Positions 1-13,828 of a stretch of 64,000 bases of DNA are shown here, in pieces; the stretch's first letter is position 1; the number at the start of each line of letters is the position of its first letter. Made by a program: the position numbers and the translations under genes. The notes beneath the pieces were generated by a model, which saw only the letters and a list, made by a program, of their open reading frames with translations, ran no database searches and had not been told where the DNA came from. Source of the DNA: Auanema rhodensis (taxonomy: Eukaryota > Animalia > Nematoda); the NCBI GenBank assembly GCA_964057225.1, contig OZ059899.1, forward strand, positions 13,950,001 through 14,014,000, read 5' to 3'.

Positions 1-41
1 GAGCTTATACTCATAATTATCAATCAATAATTTTATTTAAG

Positions 42-1310
42 CATGAAATTCTTAGTGAAATCAATAATGTAACAGCTAATATTGAACAACTTCATCGTCA
101 AATTGCTTATGTGAAAGAAAGGAAACAAGAGAAAGAAATTCAAATCGAAACAACGCTTGATGAATGTAAAAAATCTACAGAATTGTCAAGAATGTTTGAG
201 GTTTGTACATTACCTCCTTCTAAAATATTCGTTTCTTTTCAGGGTATTTTTGTAAAACATGAAAAAAAGATAAAAGAATATGAAGCAAATAAGAAATTGA
301 AACGGTTAAAGCTTGACAAACGCCTGAATGAGGTAAGTATTCTTTGAAACTTTACCAAAAATGAAAGAAAGTTTAGATTTGGGTAGATCAAGTTAAGAAA
401 TCCTTGTTTGTATTGAATTTGTTCCGAATTAAACAACTACTTGCGGAGCCTGTTACGGTTGAATCACCAAATAATGAGTATTTGCATTATTTCTTTAAAA
501 TTTTCAATTTTTTGTATATTATAGTCATTGGATGATGGTAAATGGAGTACTTACACCTGAAAAGGGAATGATATATAAGGTTCTTTTTTTATTTCTTTGA
601 TTATACTAATATGCAATCTATATAGATCGGAGAAGCTAAAATGCATGAAGCTTCACAAGAAAAGCTGGCTGCGTGTTCATCTACGATCAATCTACCTTTT
701 GAGCTTCGGTTACCTTTTGCAGCTTTATTGCATACTGTACAAGTTTTAAGCATGCTAACGATGCTCTACGAGTTCAGCTTGCCCAACCATGTAAGTGACT
801 ATCTTAATCTCTCTTATTCTATATTCTTAATTTCTTTGTTTTTTAGATATCATATCGTGAAATTGCTATCCGTGATATGACTAGTAAGGAAGACTTTCAT
901 AATGATTGGTAAGTTCAAGCTTGATAACTAACTTTAAAGCTGTAATTACAGGAATACCATATGCGAATTGAGCATGTGTCTAGGTTTACATATTGGGCTT
1001 TCTTATGAAAAAGTAAATTATAATGATCCTCTTTCAAATCTGCTTGAAATTGGTAAAATGCTTTACCAAAGCCGTGTTAGACATCCGGTATGTTTTTAGC
1101 TTTCTCAATCTCCAACCTAAAAGTCTTAATGCTTTTAGCCAAATGGTCAGAATAAAAATCATCACTATAGAACTAGAACAACATTATCAAAATTGCACAA
1201 AAGAGAACAGGAAATGGTTTGAGCTCATGTTTTTAAACAATTTCTTTGTTTTTTTTCAGAAAGACTGGGATGTTTTAGACATATCTGAAGTTCAAGAAGA
1301 TACTAATTAG
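42..1310 (+). CDS. 3' part of an ATG14/UVRAG-family (EPG-8-like) autophagy PI3K complex subunit; multi-exon, 5' end outside the window
   Basis: Spliced translation gives a coiled coil (HEILSEINNVTANIEQLHRQIAYVKERKQE...), then FAALLHTVQVLSMLTMLYEFSLPNH and LGLHIGLSYEKVNYNDPLSNLLEIG, resembling the ATG14/UVRAG C-terminal domain. It ends EMKDWDVLDISEVQEDTN* (TAG 1308-1310) with a LIR-like WDVL. Confidence 0.6.
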
Positions 1311-1523
1311 TATGAAATGAGCTATTACATTGTAAATTAATTTGTAAATAATGAAATTATGTTTGCTCTACAATAAGAAAAAACAAGAATTATGAGATGT
1401 TGTAAGAGGGTTATGAATCAATTTTTTGAACGTAGATCCTCCAAAGTTGCTAATCATCAATAAGATTTATCATAACATTGATAAAGTAAAAACAAATATA
1501 CACAAAGAAGAAAGTAAGTTTAG

Positions 1524-3468
1524 TTATCTTTTTCTCCGGTCATCATCTTTCCTTCTTCTGTCGTCACGATCGCTTCTTCTGTCATCTTTTCCACCTCTTC
1601 TGTCTTCTCGGTCACGCCTATCATCGCGATCACCTCTTCTTTCATCACCTCGTTCATGCCTTCTATCATCTCTATCTCTGATTTCATGCCTTCGGTCGTC
1701 CCTCTCATGCCTTCTGTCATTCCGTTCATTTTTTCGATCATCTCGTCCTCTTCTATCATCACGTTCACTTCTGTGGTCTCCTTTTCGGTCCCCACGTCGA
1801 TCGTCTCTTCTATAATCATCCCGGCCTCCTCTTCTGTCATCACGTTCATACTTTCGTTCTACATGTCCATCACGACTATCATGGTTGTCTTTTCGCCTAA
1901 ACATTGAAGATGAGTTTTTACTTCTGAAAGAGTAGTAACCTGTGCTTGCGCTCAGGGCTTTGACTTCTTTCAAAATTTCGATTATCGCGTTTGATGGGTG
2001 CTTGTTTTGCTTGTTGACGTTTCTCTGTAAACATATAAGATAAGCGGAATGATCTCCATTAACATGCCCATTCTATCCCATTTATAGTTCTTGGCCACTG
2101 ATTGTGAGAAGTCAACATGGACACGACGATCATCAATAAGTACATTGTCCATTTTCAAGTAAGCTTGCTCACAACTTTTTGGCTGAAACCGCAAATGTTA
2201 TCTTACTGTTACTGTAATAAACTAACGTTATCATATTCAATGAAAGCATACTGAAGTGAATCTTTGGTACGTCGGTCACGAATAATCTGAAACAAGAGTT
2301 TTCGTTAGAAAAATATCTTTATTCAGTTTACATACCTCACAGTTCACAATTTTACCGAAACGACTGAAAATGATCTCCAAATCTTCATCAGTAGTGATTG
2401 GATTCAATTTACAAACGAATAACACGTTTTCAGGAGGAATATCGTCAGCTGAACGCAAATCTCCAACCTGTTCAAATAAATTGTTATATTTGAACATTCA
2501 CACTTCAATGAATACCATTTCAAGAATCTGGGCTTGCTCCTCCATCTCACGTTGCTTTAGTTCTTCAGCTATTTCCTCTGCTGTCTTTCCTTCATTTTCA
2601 TCAACAGTTTGATCCATAGCAATTTTGTTAGGCTGCAAAATAATTATATAAATGAGCTTTGACAAAGAAAACTCGTACATGAACAAGGTCTTCGAAGCTT
2701 GGGGAAGGTGATCTAGAAGGATATTTCATATGTGGAGGATCTTCAAATGGATCATCAAGAACTATAGTATGGGTTATTCTAAAAATTGATATACATACAT
2801 ATATATAAACAAAATCTCAATTACCTGATATCCTTATACGGCTTATGATTATCATCACATAACTCATCGTTAAGTTTTTCCAATGTATCCAGTCCTTCTG
2901 TTATTTGTCCAAATATAGTGTGCTGGCTATCTAAGTAATCTAATCTGAAATTTGTTTGAAATGAATAGAAAACGAATAATGGAGAAAACAAACCCTTCTC
3001 CTAAGGTAATGTAGAATTGACTCCCTAACATACCATCGCCATTATTGACAAAGGCGACAAGACCTGATTAACAACACATACTGTTTTAGTTCGAAGAAAT
3101 AAATTACCTAATCTAGAATGTTTCATTTTTGGCAGATCCTCTCTATCAAAAAAACGTCCTTGTTCCCCATATAAATTTACAAATACTGATTCTCCACCTC
3201 TTCCTGTACCCGTGGGATCACCAGTTTGAGCAATATAGTTTTGCTGAACACATGAGATAAAAATAAAGAAAAATAAATAATTAAACCTCTATGGTATGGA
3301 ATTGACATAAATTATAATATTTCATTCTGCATAATTTTATAAAATTTAATGAACCTGAAAATAAAATTTTGAAACTCAGTAAAGAAGAAATAAATTACAT
3401 TTCGGACGTTCCTTAAGGAACAAGTCTACGACTACATCTCCCAAAGAAGTTTCAATTAAAACTGACAT
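1524..3468 (-). CDS. sig-7: Cyclophilin-RRM protein (PPIL4/CYP59 ortholog) with Arg/Asp-rich tail; multi-exon
   Basis: TTTTCAG then ATG at 3468: [23 protein letters not shown]...[15 protein letters not shown] (cyclophilin). RRM: [28 protein letters not shown]...YAFIEY...[21 protein letters not shown]-rich tail to the stop at 1524. Confidence 0.95.
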
Positions 3469-3902
3469 ATTCTGAAAAAAATTAGGGTTTATTTGATAAA
3501 TAGCTTTTCAGCTTCAAAGTTATCAAGTATTTGGTAACGAAACTTGGTAAAAAAATTAGTCCTAATGAGGAAAATTATCAAAGTGGTAACATTTATACTA
3601 TTTCATGTATAGTAAGTTTGCTATGCAGACATGTTTCAACAGAATTTTAGTTAAATATTTCAAAGCTAGATATTTAGCTAAAAATATAGCTCCTGCCAGG
3701 CTCTTTATGAAATTTAAAAACTATAGGTACGTAAATGCGAACGCATTTTCAATTTCACGCATTTTTAGTTATTATTCGAATATGGATAGTTTAGTCATTT
3801 GAAGCTTGAATAGCTTGTTCCACAATGCTAGAACATTATCAGATGATCCATTCGAGAAATATTAAACTATAATATGTACTACTATTGCTAAATTTTTCAG
3901 GT
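3469..3902. promoter_or_regulatory. Short divergent (likely bidirectional) promoter between sig-7 and the GCFC homolog
   Basis: Head-to-head ATGs at 3468 (-) and 3903 (+), each directly preceded by a TTTTCAG acceptor. Confidence 0.6.
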
Positions 3903-6900
3903 ATGTTTCGAAAGCCAAAAAAGAAGGTGACCACTCGGCAACCTATTGGAGGTAGTTGGGATGATACAGAAAACGATGCTCAGCTTGTTGAGAAAGAGAA
4001 AACTATTCTCTCAAAATCTATTGAGGATGACGAGGAAGAATCTCCTTCTTTTGGACAACCTATTAATTCAAAGCCTCCTGCTTTACTAAGTTTCGATCAC
4101 GATGAAGGTGAGTGAAAAATAGTCTAAATTGTCATTTAATTATGTTTTTTGAGGCGCTGATGCTGATTTTACCGTAAAAAAGAACAAGAAACAAGTTGAT
4201 GAACTCAAAAGGCAAATTAAGCTTGAAGATGAACTTCATAAACAACAGGAAGAAATGAAAAAAATCGCGATTAAAGTTGAAAATATAAAAAAAGAGGATA
4301 TTAGTGAAGCGGAACAGAAGAAACTTGATAAGAAAAAGTATTTGAGTAAGTATGGAGTCTCGAATCACGAGGTATGATTTCATCCTTTTGTTCTTTATTT
4401 CTTATTCCTTCAGATCATATCTGATGAGAGTGATATTGAGGTTAATCACAGCGATCCTCATGCCAAATTCTCTACCGCTTTTGGTAAGTTGAATTGATAA
4501 ATTGATTTGCATATCTTTGTTTTTAGAAGGCATCCCAGATTCTAAAGCAGTTTTCGAAGCCAAGAAAAAACGTGAGCGGATGAGAAGAGAGGGTGATGGA
4601 TATATACCACTTGAAGAATCTAACAAAGATAAGCGAGAAAAAAATGTGAGAGAGCGATTAGTGCGTGAAGAAGATCATGATGATTCTGATGAAGATACTG
4701 GAAGGTTTTTTTTGCTTCGAATATTCTTTGATATTAAAGGTTTTTTATATAGATTTTATTCCTCAAAGCAACTTGCCCGTGAAGAGGAAGAACGGAGAAG
4801 AGATGAACAGAATGATTTCCTGGAAAGGGAACAAGGAGATGATGATCGAGATCCAGAAGACGATGAATGGGAAAATCAACAGATTCAAAAGGCTGTAAGC
4901 CGACAAGCTGTATGTTTTATAAATTTCTATTCCAAAATGTTTAGTTACTTTCGTAGATTGGAAGAATACGCCCTGAGTTCGATGTTGGCTCTCAAAATCT
5001 ACAAAAGGGCTTATACGATTATCGACAATATCAGCAGCAACAAGAAGTTGATATGGATATTGATGTCGACTATGAGTACGAAACTTCGCGATATTCAAGT
5101 TCTAATGGTTTACTCGTCTATAAAAAGCTATGAATTCATAAATAATTTAAGGTATGGGTTTACCAACTAGTGGTGGAGTTATCAACATTGAAGATGTTCT
5201 TGCTAAGCTCAAGCTCAGGTTTTACATTTTTTTGAAAAGCTGTTGGTATTGATTATGTTGCAGAATAGGAGATAGAGAAGAGTCCTTGAAAACTAAGAAA
5301 TATGATTTAGATAGGATGGAAAAGAGTATTGAGGAAAAGAAATTTGTCATTCGCCAGGTGAGAAAAGACGGACCTCTTTTTCATAACTTTTATATTCAGA
5401 TTGAGCTTGATTCCCCTGATATGGCTAATCGATATGCTATGTATCAAGAATTGAAAACATTTACAAGAAATTTGCTTGATTGCTTGAATGAAAAGGTTTT
5501 TTGTTTAATTATGTTTGTTGTATAACTGATAGTTTGTTTTTCAGGTTGCTGACATTAATAATATAATGGATAGACGGAGACATTGCATCAAAACAAGGAC
5601 TGAACGTTTAATGCGTAGAAGGCGACGTGATGTTCAAGTATCTCTTTAATATCCCTCTAAAGCACTCTTGTATGATTTCAGGATCAATATGCCGAGTGTT
5701 CAGCATTAGCCAGCGCGAAACCATTGCAGTCTGTTAAAAATGGTGATGCAGCAATTCGAGCTGCGGAAAGAGAAGCTAGACGGTTTGTTTATTTTGCTTT
5801 TTTTGTGTTTCCTATGATTGAATACAATATTTATGCAAATGATACGCTATTACGCGTAGCTAGATTTCATTTTTATTTCAATCTGCATGGAATGCGGTTG
5901 CGCTTGATCATTTTTCATGTTTTCGATTTTGCTTATATTTTGGTTTATTTTAGAGGACGGAGGCGAAGAGAACGAGAAAGTACATTGGTTGGAATTTCTC
6001 ATGAAGAAGGATTAAGTAGTGATGACGAAGAGCCTACTAGTGTTGAAATGAAAGACAAAAGTGTCATAGGTTTGTATTTTTTTGCAAATCCATTGTTTTA
6101 TTTTTTTTTCTCAGAAGAATCGATTGTGGCCTTAGATACTGTTTTCGTTGATACATTAGAAGAGTTCTCAAATTTAAAAAAAATTCTAGATAGGTATTTC
6201 ATATTTCGAATTTTCATTTGATACATATAATCATAGAATTGTTGATTGGTTGGCCGTTGATGGAAAATCATTTGAAGATGCATATGTGCACCTTTGTATA
6301 CCCAAATTGTGCTCCCCATTCGTTCGGATGCAACTAACTAAACAGGATTTGTTAACTGTTAGTTCTTCCAAGACTATCTCGTAAATTTTTTCATCTTTCA
6401 GAATCCCGACTTCACTTATGTAACAACTCAATGGTATATGGACTGCTTATTAGCTGGTACTAACAATACTGAGGTGAAGCAAGATCATCCAATTATTGTT
6501 GACATAATTCCTAAAGTTTTTGAGAAGGTAGTTGTGCCTTATATCACAGGTTTGCCCATACTTAAAGTATTTCTCTATTACTGTTTGTTTTAGATATTGT
6601 TAACGATGAATGGGATCCATTATCCGTAAAGCAATCTACGAATTTGAATCACATCTTGAAAGGTATATCTTTGTTTTTTGGTATTTCAACATACTTTTGT
6701 TTCAGGTCTTTCCATTTACCCTACAATTACTGCAAAATCCAAACCTTTCTTAGTTTTAATGGAATCTATAAAAAAAAAAGTTGTGTCTTGTATAGATGAA
6801 GATCTCTTTGCACCAATGTTTGCAAAACAGTTAGTTGTTTGAACTCATTTTCTATGTATCACACAATTATTTTTTAGAGCCATCGAAAATCCTAACACAG

Positions 6901-7450
6901 GTTGTCGTTCATTTTTAGATCGACAATATTGGTGTTCAATAAAGGTAAAATCAATAAATGCAAGTCAAATGACTCATATTCTATTTTATAATTTCAGCTT
7001 ATTCGTTGTATCAATGCACTTAAAGATATTCTTGCTCCAGAAGCCAGATTTGAGCTAATTGTTGAAAATGTGATCAATAAGTGAGTATTTTTGGTGACCA
7101 CTGATTTGGAAGTTACGTATTTCAGAGCATGTGTACTGGGTATTCAATTTGGCTTAACGAACGATGTTAGCTGTGAAAGAAAAGTATTCGTTTAATTTTT
7201 TAATATTGATCATAAATCTTTCCTCATAGGTAAAAGCTTTGATAGCAGAAGTGTTTCCTCAATATATGGGTTTGGGTGGGGAGCATTCCTTCAGATCACT
7301 GTCTATGTGTCTTACTAAAGTTATGAATGACCAGAAAGAAGCAGGACGGTAAATTAGCTTTCATAATTACTATTCAAACGATATTATTGCAGAGACTATC
7401 ATCGAGAAATTCAGAAAGTTCTTAATAATTTGAATTCTTCTAAGACTTAA
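3903..7450 (+). CDS. GCFC2/PAXBP1 (Ntr2-like) GC-rich sequence-binding factor, spliceosome disassembly-associated; many short introns
   Basis: MFRKPKKK...LLSFDHDE...GIPDSKAVFEAKKKRERMR...EWENQQIQKAV...YQELKTFTRNLLDCLNEK...AAEREARRGRRRRERES...HEEGLSSDDEE...SFEDAYVHLCIPKLCSPFVR...WDPLS. Stop TAA 7448-7450. Confidence 0.9.
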
Positions 7451-7603
7451 GATATATCACGCCGGTTGTTGTATTTTCTATTTTGTTGTTTTATACGAAT
7501 AATGTATTGAATATGAATTTATATTTATTTATTAGTTCAAATGTTACAAATCATTATTACTTTCTTCAATTCGGTTTAAGTTTTTGTTACTTTTATATTA
7601 TAG

Positions 7604-8647
7604 ATGTCATGGGAACGCATGAGCAAAGTTATTGACAGATATGAAAGATTGTGCAAGAGTCAGATAAGAGATTTGAAGCAATTACAGAAAATAGTTCTAG
7701 AAAAATCATCACAAGATAATACATATATCAGAGAACAAGTAACTCTTACTCTTTAAATCATGTCGATAATTAATTCTTCTCAGATTAAACTCTTAGAAGA
7801 TCATCTTTTGAATGGATTACTGAAGTTATTTTCTATGCGAAATGAACTTGAAGAGCATTCCCATGAACAGTTCGATCAGCGTATGGAACCTATTAGGTTT
7901 TTAAAAGTTTTATCTGATTTTTTTATCTGATGTTTTCCAGATCACAGGTTCAAGCTACTGTTGCTATCAATAAGTCTTTACCACCTTTGCGACCGACTAC
8001 TAATTCCAATATTGATGGAGGTGAAACTGAAAATCCTTATGAGTTTGAAAGTAAAAGGTAGAATATTCTGGTTTTTTTTTATATTTGATATTTATATTGA
8101 AGATATGCTCAACAGAGCCTTTCTGAGATGAGGGAAATGGAATTTCGTTTGAAAGAAGCCAAAGAAAAAGCTGATGCAACTGCTAAAATTCAAAAGGTTT
8201 TGAATTTTCAAAGTTCTACAGATTATCAATTTTTAGGATATGCAAGCACTGGAAGATATCATGACTGAATTACAAACCTTGGTTTATCAGCAAAACGAAA
8301 TGGTAGATTCTATAGAGGTAACGTGACAGATGATCTACAATGAAGAATTTCGAATTAACTCCAGGAACATGTAGAAAGAGCTAATCATGATGTTCACAGA
8401 GGAAATAACCAGTTGAAAAGAGCTGTTCAGCATAAGGCTGCCAAAGTATTTTGATGTTGTTCCTGATTAATTTTATAAATTTATTTTACAGGCTCCGATG
8501 GTTGCAGCAGTAGTTGGTGGTATAGCTATTGGCGGCCCAGTTGGAATTGCCGCAGGCTCCACCTTAGCCGGGATTACAGCCGCTGTAGGCGGAATATTTG
8601 CGGGAATTTATGGAGGGAAGTGGCTCAAGAAATCTGCTTCTGAATAA
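7604..8647 (+). CDS. syx-17: Syntaxin-17 (autophagosomal Qa-SNARE)
   Basis: SNARE motif (DMQALEDIMTELQTLVYQQNEMVDSIEEHVERANHDVHRGNNQLKRAV) followed by the Gly-rich double hairpin TM typical of STX17 (APMVAAVVGGIAIGGPVGIAAGSTLAGITAAVGGIFAGIYGGKWLKK). Confidence 0.88.
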
Positions 8648-9271
8648 GCTTTTGAATTTAAATTATTCCTGTCAATACTATTTCTAGTCCATCAAATTAC
8701 GTGTCTTTTAACAGCTGTACATTTTTGTTTATACACTTGCTTACATGGGGTGTTCGCAATTAATCCAAGTCTAATTGCAAACTTATAAGGGTTTTTAATA
8801 TATGTTTCAACACATTCCAAGCCTTAATTCATTTTTGTTTTAATGTCATAAGCATTTACTCATTTCCTGAAGAATTTTTCTATTAAATATGGAATCTATA
8901 TAAATTTTGACTGAAATATATCATATAATTATCTAATCTTTTAATTCATTTCATTGTATTTTTCAAATAATAATCATTATGAAAACAAATTACCTTATCA
9001 GGAATTTCCTTTGAGAATATAATCATCACTGCTTTCTGAAGTTGATTTAAGTAATAATCAATTATCTTTCTTTCAGAAGTAAAACTGTACGATTATATGA
9101 AATTTACTTAATTTGGATGAAATAGATATTCAAAGTTTTTAATAGAATAAATATTGATGTTAATATTTTTCTATATGAAATCAGAATAATAATTGGTTAC
9201 TGTATAACGGATAATCTAATTATACAAATATTTGTGAAATAAGCTGTAACTAATACTTCATAGCCACTTCC

Positions 9272-10872
9272 TCAAGTTGTTGTTATAGAAATAAATGGTT
9301 GAACCTGAAGTATATGAATAATTTCTCAAATAATTGCATTTAGTTATACTAACTCTTTTGGATGAGATGAATATTCTTTTGATAGTGTCTTTATATGATA
9401 TATTAAAAACTAAATTAAGTATAACTAGAGTAATGTAAGAACAGCCATTAGTTATTAATGGAACTTCGAATAAGACTAAGAAAATATTTTTTAAATTATA
9501 CTTAAATGGTCAATTACCCCGAGGAATGTTTACAAACATTGCTAATTGAAAAATAATGTTGATAAAAATTGGGTTTAGTGATATGCATATTGCCTGAAAA
9601 TCTCTTATACTCTTCCTTCTGTAGCAATATAATATCTACTTGAATTGATAAAGTTTTCAATATAGCACGATGAATATTCATATTATTATCAGAAATAATT
9701 GACTCTTTTTGCTTAATTGTCTTAACTATATTATAAATAGAAAATCCAATGATCTGAAAAAATATATATTATTAAAAAATTCCACATTTGGGTATCAGTT
9801 ATAGTTACTATCGAATTTATATTTCCAGACTTTCAAAATATAGCTACTCGAAAATTAAATACTCTGTTTAGTTTCAATTAAAACTTAAGTAAAACCGAGG
9901 AGCAAGCAGCATCTGCTCCACCTCTTTGAGGCTGCAAATTTAAATATTTAAATAAATTCATACTTGTAAAAGTTACTACTTGAATTGCGTACAAGTTCTT
10001 CATATTTAAATTTCTGTTTATAAAAAAAATAGAATAATATTATTTTTATTTGAAGTTCTTCAATTTCATCAAAATAAACTAACTATTTGTGATATTGTAC
10101 TGATTGAAGGAATTACTATCAGAAAAACCAACACAGTTGATAAATATGAAGTGGGAAAATAGCTGATTGATCTTGTCAACAAAAATTCAATATATTCTTC
10201 AGTTAACTGAAATAAATACATGAAAAACATTAATTAATTATATTTAAAATTCACATTCAAACCAAGTTCAGTAATATCAAAATCGGGGAATGTAGCTAGC
10301 CAGCTAGAAACACCTAAAGAACCACTAAAAATAATTACAATACATCCATATATTGCATAAAAGAAATGTTTACTCTGAAATGAAGAAATAGTTGTTAGAA
10401 GTTGAGATGTTCGAGTATCAATCGCCTTTAGTATATGTGAAGGTTCTGAGACAATTCTCCAACGATACAAGAATGACATAGTTAATAAAGCTGTTTGGAA
10501 TCCAAATACAAAACCATACACAATAAATGTGTCTAAGCACGATAAGCTTCCATATCCTTCACAAAAATAATAATCATCAAAAAAAACTGGGTAAATTCTT
10601 CCATAAAATGACCATATAGACTCTTGTGTATATAATATTATCTAGAATTGTTTTATTTAAATTTTATTTTTTTATTAAAAATAAATTTTAAAAAGTGAAA
10701 TATTTCTTACACAATGAGCAAATGCAGTGTATTTGTATCCTTTTGATTCATTTGTTTTTGAAGCGAAAAAGATAAATATATTCAAAATTAACAACAGGAA
10801 CGACAGTAGGCTGACGATATCTTGAGAGGTATTGAAGAATGTAAGATCCGGAACGTCAGAGCTCCTTTCCAT
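9272..10872 (-). CDS. Nematode serpentine chemoreceptor (7TM GPCR, Str/Srd-superfamily-like); multi-exon
   Basis: Hydrophobic exons with family motifs LLTMSFLYRW (TM3) and SDNNMNIHRAILKTLSIQA (before TM6), and TM7 followed by SYKDTIKRIF. Very AT-rich. Last exon VQPFISITTT* ends at 9272. Confidence 0.75.
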
Positions 10873-11947
10873 TTGTGAACGGTGATGAAAAGTGAAATAG
10901 ACTAGCCGGATTTTTCGAAAAACTTAGATATATTCTGACAACGTTAGTGTTCAAATTTATGTTTGAAGTTGTAATTATGCTGAATAAATAATACTAAAAC
11001 AATAAAATATCATATAACTACTATTACACATATAGGCAAAAAGAGTTGTGTTTATGTGGAAAAAAAGTTAGGTATAAATATGATCCATTTTAATTTTTTA
11101 AAATCAGAAATACAGCTGATACTGTAAAAACACATCACGAATTCCAAGAATGGTTAATTTGATGATAATAGTAAAAAAAAAATTAAAACAGATGAAACCC
11201 AAATTTTTATGAATATAAAATTAAAATTTCATTTTCTTAATTCTCATATCATACAGTTGGCTAGTTAATTTCTGATCAGCAAAGATTAATTGAGTAGAAG
11301 TATTAAAACTTTTAACTTTAATTTAAAACCTAAGTAAACTGAATAATAAAGAAATTTGTATGTATATTGATTTTTTTCGAATCTAAATCATAATAAATCA
11401 AAAAAGAAAAGCTAGATAAATGATTTTTTTTAAATTGTAGAAAAAAATGTTTTTATAGTTTGATAAGAAGAAAAAGTTTTTTATTCAAAACATTACAATT
11501 TATTATTTATAACTTTTTGAAGTAAACAGTACCAGAAATTTGGATAAGTTCAATTAAATTTTAATTTTTCATATTATATTTTGAATCTTCGACGCATATT
11601 CTGCATTTTCATCTTTATCGGCAAATTTGATTATTTGAATGAAATATTGTTGTACGGTATTACTTCTTAAATGTATAGAGTTTGGTTACTTTTGTAACTA
11701 ATAATAAGATATTTTTTATTTTTTAATGTAAAAAAACAATGTTTCTACCAGTCTTTATTCCCAATAATAATATATTTAGTTAAATAATATCTCTCTAATA
11801 CACCTTTCTATTAAACCGTTTAAACATGTAAAAATGAAGTTTTACAATTATTTTTCATGGAATTCATTGAATTCATAAATGGAAAGCTTTCAAGTGAATT
11901 AAACGATTTTGCCTGATGATTATGGGAATATTATTTGTTGGGCATGA

Positions 11948-13828
11948 TCAATCACTACGTGCTCCCTCATCTTCGTCACTTGAAGAATCGTAATTCTTGC
12001 GAACGAAGTTAGCATAGACAAGTGTCTCCGTCTGCAATTCATACATAAACTCATGAAATGGTTGTAACTGCTTTCTAACCTCGAGACGTACAAACTGCAA
12101 GTTGGTACGACGATATCCTGGAAGTTCACGATCCCATAATTGCTGCTGAGCATCTTTGCCTTTGACAGAAACATCATTAGCAAATACAGTCATGAGCAGC
12201 TTTCCAGGTCTATAAGCAAAACATATTTCATGTTTATTGTTTCTTTCATTTTAAATCATTATTTTCAAAAACAAAAAACATATGTTGATTATGATGTAAT
12301 TTACCTGAAAGTGTTGATAACTTTCTTTGTCTGTTTGTAAAGACACCAGCTATCTTGGTTTGTTTCGAAAGAAGCAAAAGAGAATGCTTTTTCGGGTGTT
12401 ACATGGATTGTGGCATATTGGTCTGAGTTTGTCTTATAGGCATTCATGCTGTAGCCACAAGGATCAAAAAGTTCGTCCTGAATTTCAAAGTCGGATGGCA
12501 TCAAGCGATCTATGCCGGATCGCTCAGTACATTCCTTAGCATCATCACAAGCTTCTCTTGTGAAAGTTTTCATCACATTTTCGTCCAGATCCGTCATGAG
12601 AATCTCCAAAGTGCTGTCCTAAACAGAATAATATTTTATAATTTCAATTCATATTGATTCAATTATATTATATTTCCAGCAATTATATCAATATGTATGA
12701 TGATTGAAATATTCCTTTCGATCACATCGAATACAATCAGCTTATTGGATTATATGTTTGAATGAACACGAATAACGCGTGAATATGAAACTTTTTGAAT
12801 AGAAGCCTCAACTTACAGCTGTTTTCTGTGGAAGTGGCTGTTGTTGAATGTGCATAGTATAGAGATACCAGCGATCTTGCTTCAAAGATCCCATACAATA
12901 TGCATGTCCACCTGAAAAGTTCAAGTTTCGATTGTGATTACATCAAAAAAAAAAGTTTGTTCATATTTCGCTTGCTTTCAAAACATTGATCTTATCTTTT
13001 TCTTCTCGTAGTATATTATTATCTTTAACTATTTGACAGTTGTTTGAATGAAAAAAAAAACGTGAGTGGGAGCATTCATAAAACAAAAATTTTGATACGA
13101 AATTTGGCTGACCTTTAATCTCATTTCAAACGAAATAAATTTGATATGAGTTGACATTTATCAACGAAATATAATATATTAATGTCTTTTTGATAAATGC
13201 TTATCTAAGTGATCAGAGTAAAAACGGATTAATTAGTATATTTTATGAAAAAATGATAAAAAAATTGCATACCATCGAAGAAAGAGTCCAAGTACTGAAC
13301 TTCAGAATCAAAATTATAATGCAATTCTGGTTGAAGTTCAGGTCTAAGGAAATTTTTTCTTGAATAATAGACACTAACGACCTGAAATATGGTTAGGTTT
13401 AGGAAGATTAAAATATTATTATCGAACCTTGTCAAGCTGAGCATACTGATCAGCCAATTTAAGAATGACTGGAAGAGCATCGAGAAGTCTTGTAGCTCCA
13501 CATGTCTTCATAATAAGTCGGTGATCAGATACAAACAAGCTGCTTTCACTAAAACAGAAAATAAGTAAGTTGAAAGCTAAGTTTTGATATACCTCAAAAC
13601 ATAGCTGTCAAGGTCTTGCTGATGAGAAGATTGAAGAATCTTGCATCTAGCAATATCTAGCATGGCATCAAGCTCATGTCTTGGAATATCACGAAGAGAA
13701 CAGTTTTCCAAGCCTTGGCTATTGTCGAACCATAACTCTAAGAGCTTCTCAGCTCCTTCAAAGAAGTATTCGTCGACTGAACTGGCCAACTCAGTCACAG
13801 CAGTTTGGGTAGCTATTTGAACGGACAT
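11948..13828 (-). CDS. smd-1: S-adenosylmethionine decarboxylase proenzyme (AdoMetDC/AMD1)
   Basis: FFEGAEKLLELWF, self-cleavage site YVLSE/SSLFV, KTCGAT, YSRKNF, FDPCGYSMN, TIHVTPEKAFSFASFETN. TGA at 11950-11948. Confidence 0.98.

Noticed and set aside
1426-1907. Several overlapping ORFs on both strands
   Set aside because: Shadow frames of the low-complexity RD-repeat exon of sig-7.
11870-11950. Readthrough tail after the smd-1 main stop, as proposed for vertebrate AMD1
   Set aside because: Context is UGA-UCA and the downstream frame is short (~25 codons) and unremarkable.
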